Shown in pieces: positions 18,712 through 20,000 of a stretch of 20,000 nucleotides of DNA. A program made the position numbers and the translations under genes. Source of the DNA: an uncultured virus (IMG/VR IMGVR_UViG_3300032294_003095) (Duplodnaviria > Heunggongvirae > Uroviricota > Caudoviricetes); the IMG/VR virus record IMGVR_UViG_3300032294_003095; one strand, 5' to 3'. The notes under the pieces were generated by a model, which did not search any database, was not told the DNA's origin, and worked only from the letters and a program-made list of their open reading frames with translations. Numbering within the stretch: the stretch's first letter is position 1; each line of letters begins with the position of its first letter.

Positions 18712-18944
18712 TATTCAGAATGGGGCTCGAACCCACATAGATTTAATAAATTGACCTTGGAGAACGCGCTTCCTGAGTGTATCTCAGTGCATCCGCAACC
18801 GTGTGGTCAGAACCTCACACCCTTTGGTCTTATGTCAGTTGAATACACAACCATATCTTTGACAGCCTCCAGTAGCAAGTTAAAATCCCTCAAAAGAGAA
18901 TCCTTTCGTTTTAGGATTGTTTTTCCGATTTAAACTATCTGAAT
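18712..18944 (-). ncRNA. 233-nt tRNA-like RNA with ~163-nt structured variable region
   Basis: Acceptor ATTCAGA/TCTGAAT, D arm GTTT-AAATCGGAA-AAAC, anticodon-position arm ATCCT-AAAACGAA-AGGAT, T arm GTGGG-TTCGAGC-CCCAT; the insert contains several internal helices. Confidence 0.75.
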
Positions 18945-18951
18945 ATTTTAG

Positions 18952-19028
18952 GTAATGATAGATGGAATTGGCCATCTTAAAAGCATTGTCTTAACAGGGA
19001 CTATTTTTAATTTTCGTTATATCATTAC
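18952..19028 (-). ncRNA. 77-nt degenerate tRNA-like element
   Basis: 9-bp terminal stem GTAATGATA/TATCATTAC, T-arm-position hairpin GATGG-CCAATT-CCATC, and a central irregular hairpin whose loop contains CTGTTAA; no D arm. Confidence 0.4.
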
Positions 19029-19116
19029 TGGCGGAGAGCAGTGAACTCGAATCACACTCGTTTACCGAGCCGCTCGCTTAGCAGGCGGCGGTAGCACCCT
19101 GGCTACTTTACTCTCC
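19029..19116 (-). tRNA. tRNA-Ser(GCT), 8/4-type fold, encoded CCA
   Basis: Acceptor GGAGAGTA/TGCTCTCC + GCCA, D stem GTAGC/GCTAC, anticodon loop CTGCTAA, variable arm GCTCG-GTAAA-CGAGT, T arm GTGA-TTCGAGT-TCAC. Confidence 0.88.
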
Positions 19117-19821
19117 CTTTATTTTATACTTTTTAAAAATGTCACTTATTGTTCCCTTTGATGCTTTGAAATGTTTAGCAATTTCAATCTGCTTATATCC
19201 ATTTTTATACATCTCTATAATTTCTGATACATTTAATTTTCTTTGTTTTTCTTTATAATTTTCTAACTTTTCTAATATTTCTTTCTTATGAGTCTCAAAA
19301 AAATCAATATCTGAGTGTTTCAAAACATGGCAATTTTGACAAAGTAAATCACATTTATCTATTTCATTTTTAATTTTCACATCTAATTCAAATATTGAGT
19401 TAATTCTCTCACTTAGTCCTCCAATCCAAAATTCTTTTTCACTTGGATCTCTATGATGAAATCCTAAAGATGCTGGACATTTATTATATCCACATTCTAC
19501 ACAACATCCACCAGAATATTCCAAATATATTAATTTATCTGTTCTCCTTGAATCATTATACTTTGCTTCATTTTTATAATGCAATTCTCTATGGCAATTT
19601 TGACATAGCAAATCACATTTTTTTAATTCTGATTCTAATTTATTCCAACCTGACCATTGGTATTCATTAAATTCAAATTCTTTATCATCTATATTAATAT
19701 GATGAAATGTTAACTTAAAGATGTTTCTTTCACCACACGATTTACAACTTCCACCTAAATAGTTTATCGCCTTTAATTTTTTTGCATATTTTAATATTTT
19801 TGTAATTTTTAATTTATCCAT
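19108..19821 (-). CDS. Tandem-domain HNH endonuclease with C-terminal HTH, inside the tRNA cluster
   Basis: Two copies of GGxCxxCG...LxFHH...KEF...KCDLLCQNCH, then HTH-like YKQIEIAKHFKASKGTISDI; own TAATATATA at 19841-19849. Confidence 0.85.
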   Translation of the reverse strand: MDKLKITKILKYAKKLKAINYLGGSCKSCGERNIFKLTFHHINIDDKEFEFNEYQWSGWNKLESELKKCDLLCQNCHRELHYKNEAKYNDSRRTDKLIYLEYSGGCCVECGYNKCPASLGFHHRDPSEKEFWIGGLSERINSIFELDVKIKNEIDKCDLLCQNCHVLKHSDIDFFETHKKEILEKLENYKEKQRKLNVSEIIEMYKNGYKQIEIAKHFKASKGTISDIFKKYKIKGE

Positions 19822-19870
19822 AGTTCGATTTTATTTTTATTATATATTAAATTTAAAAACGAACTTTTAG

Positions 19871-19954
19871 CGGAGAAGTGAGGTATCGATCCCCATACCC
19901 GAAGGTACGACTAGTTTTCAAGACTAGCTTTAGCGCCAGCTAAATTACCTCTCC
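19871..19954 (-). tRNA. tRNA-Ser(TGA), atypical (6-bp D stem, ATCGATA T loop)
   Basis: Acceptor GGAGAGG(T)/(A)CTTCTCC with G73, D arm TTTAGC-TGGC-GCTAAA, anticodon arm CTAGT-CTTGAAA-ACTAG, variable arm GTACC-TTCG-GGTAT. Confidence 0.88.
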
Positions 19955-20000
19955 ATATTTTCGGTGTCATTCTCCTATTATGATACTACGTGTAGCTATC

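Noticed and set aside
18807..18870. GGAGG followed by a 15-codon ORF (MVVYSTDIRPKGVRF) inside the long tRNA-like RNA
   Set aside because: GGAG is paired in a helix, other genes here lack Shine-Dalgarno sites, and an ORF this short is expected by chance.
18533..18933. ORFs 18533-18736 (-) and 18709-18933 (+)
   Set aside because: They overlap tRNA and tRNA-like genes and are by-products of GC-rich structured RNA.
18712..18944. Standard tmRNA or group I intron-containing tRNA
   Set aside because: There is no G3-U70 alanine determinant, and a full D stem and anticodon-position arm are present. The S-like (AAAGATATGGT) and R-like (TTCAACTGAC) words occur in the wrong order for a group I core.
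18945..19028. Theta (HDV-like) ribozyme after tRNA-Ser(GCT)
   Set aside because: The position fits, but I could not build the P2/P3/L3 nested pseudoknot or a proper J4/2; kept only as a tRNA-like element.
19871..19954. Selenocysteine tRNA
   Set aside because: The D arm is Sec-like, but the anticodon is TGA (reads UCA, Ser), not TCA, and the fold is not 8/5.

Overview
AT-rich, gene-dense segment of a large myovirus-type (jumbo-like) phage using the standard genetic code. The host is probably Bacteroidota, because a TTTG-N19-TAnnTTTG promoter lies at 17787-17817. The + strand part (1-14521) encodes baseplate/tail proteins (LysM protein, gp53-like, a 1009-aa GH19 + hub + M15 fusion, gp6-like wedge), hypothetical proteins carrying a T4 capsid-targeting-like motif, and metabolic genes (gmk, purA, IscA/HesB); a J-domain protein and a membrane protein lie on the - strand within this part. 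The - strand part (14511-20000) holds an operon with two RNA ligases and an HNH endonuclease, a DUF3008 protein, a second HNH gene and a tRNA cluster. The best candidates for new biology are: (1) an 11-aa leader peptide with an antiterminator and two interlocked terminators in front of the RNA-ligase operon, which looks like a translation-stress switch for RNA repair; (2) a 233-nt tRNA-shaped RNA with a ~163-nt structured variable region; (3) two tRNA-Ser genes that fit the non-canonical 8/4 fold, plus a tRNA-Arg(GCG). All calls come from reading motifs and base pairing by eye; no database searches or folding programs were run.
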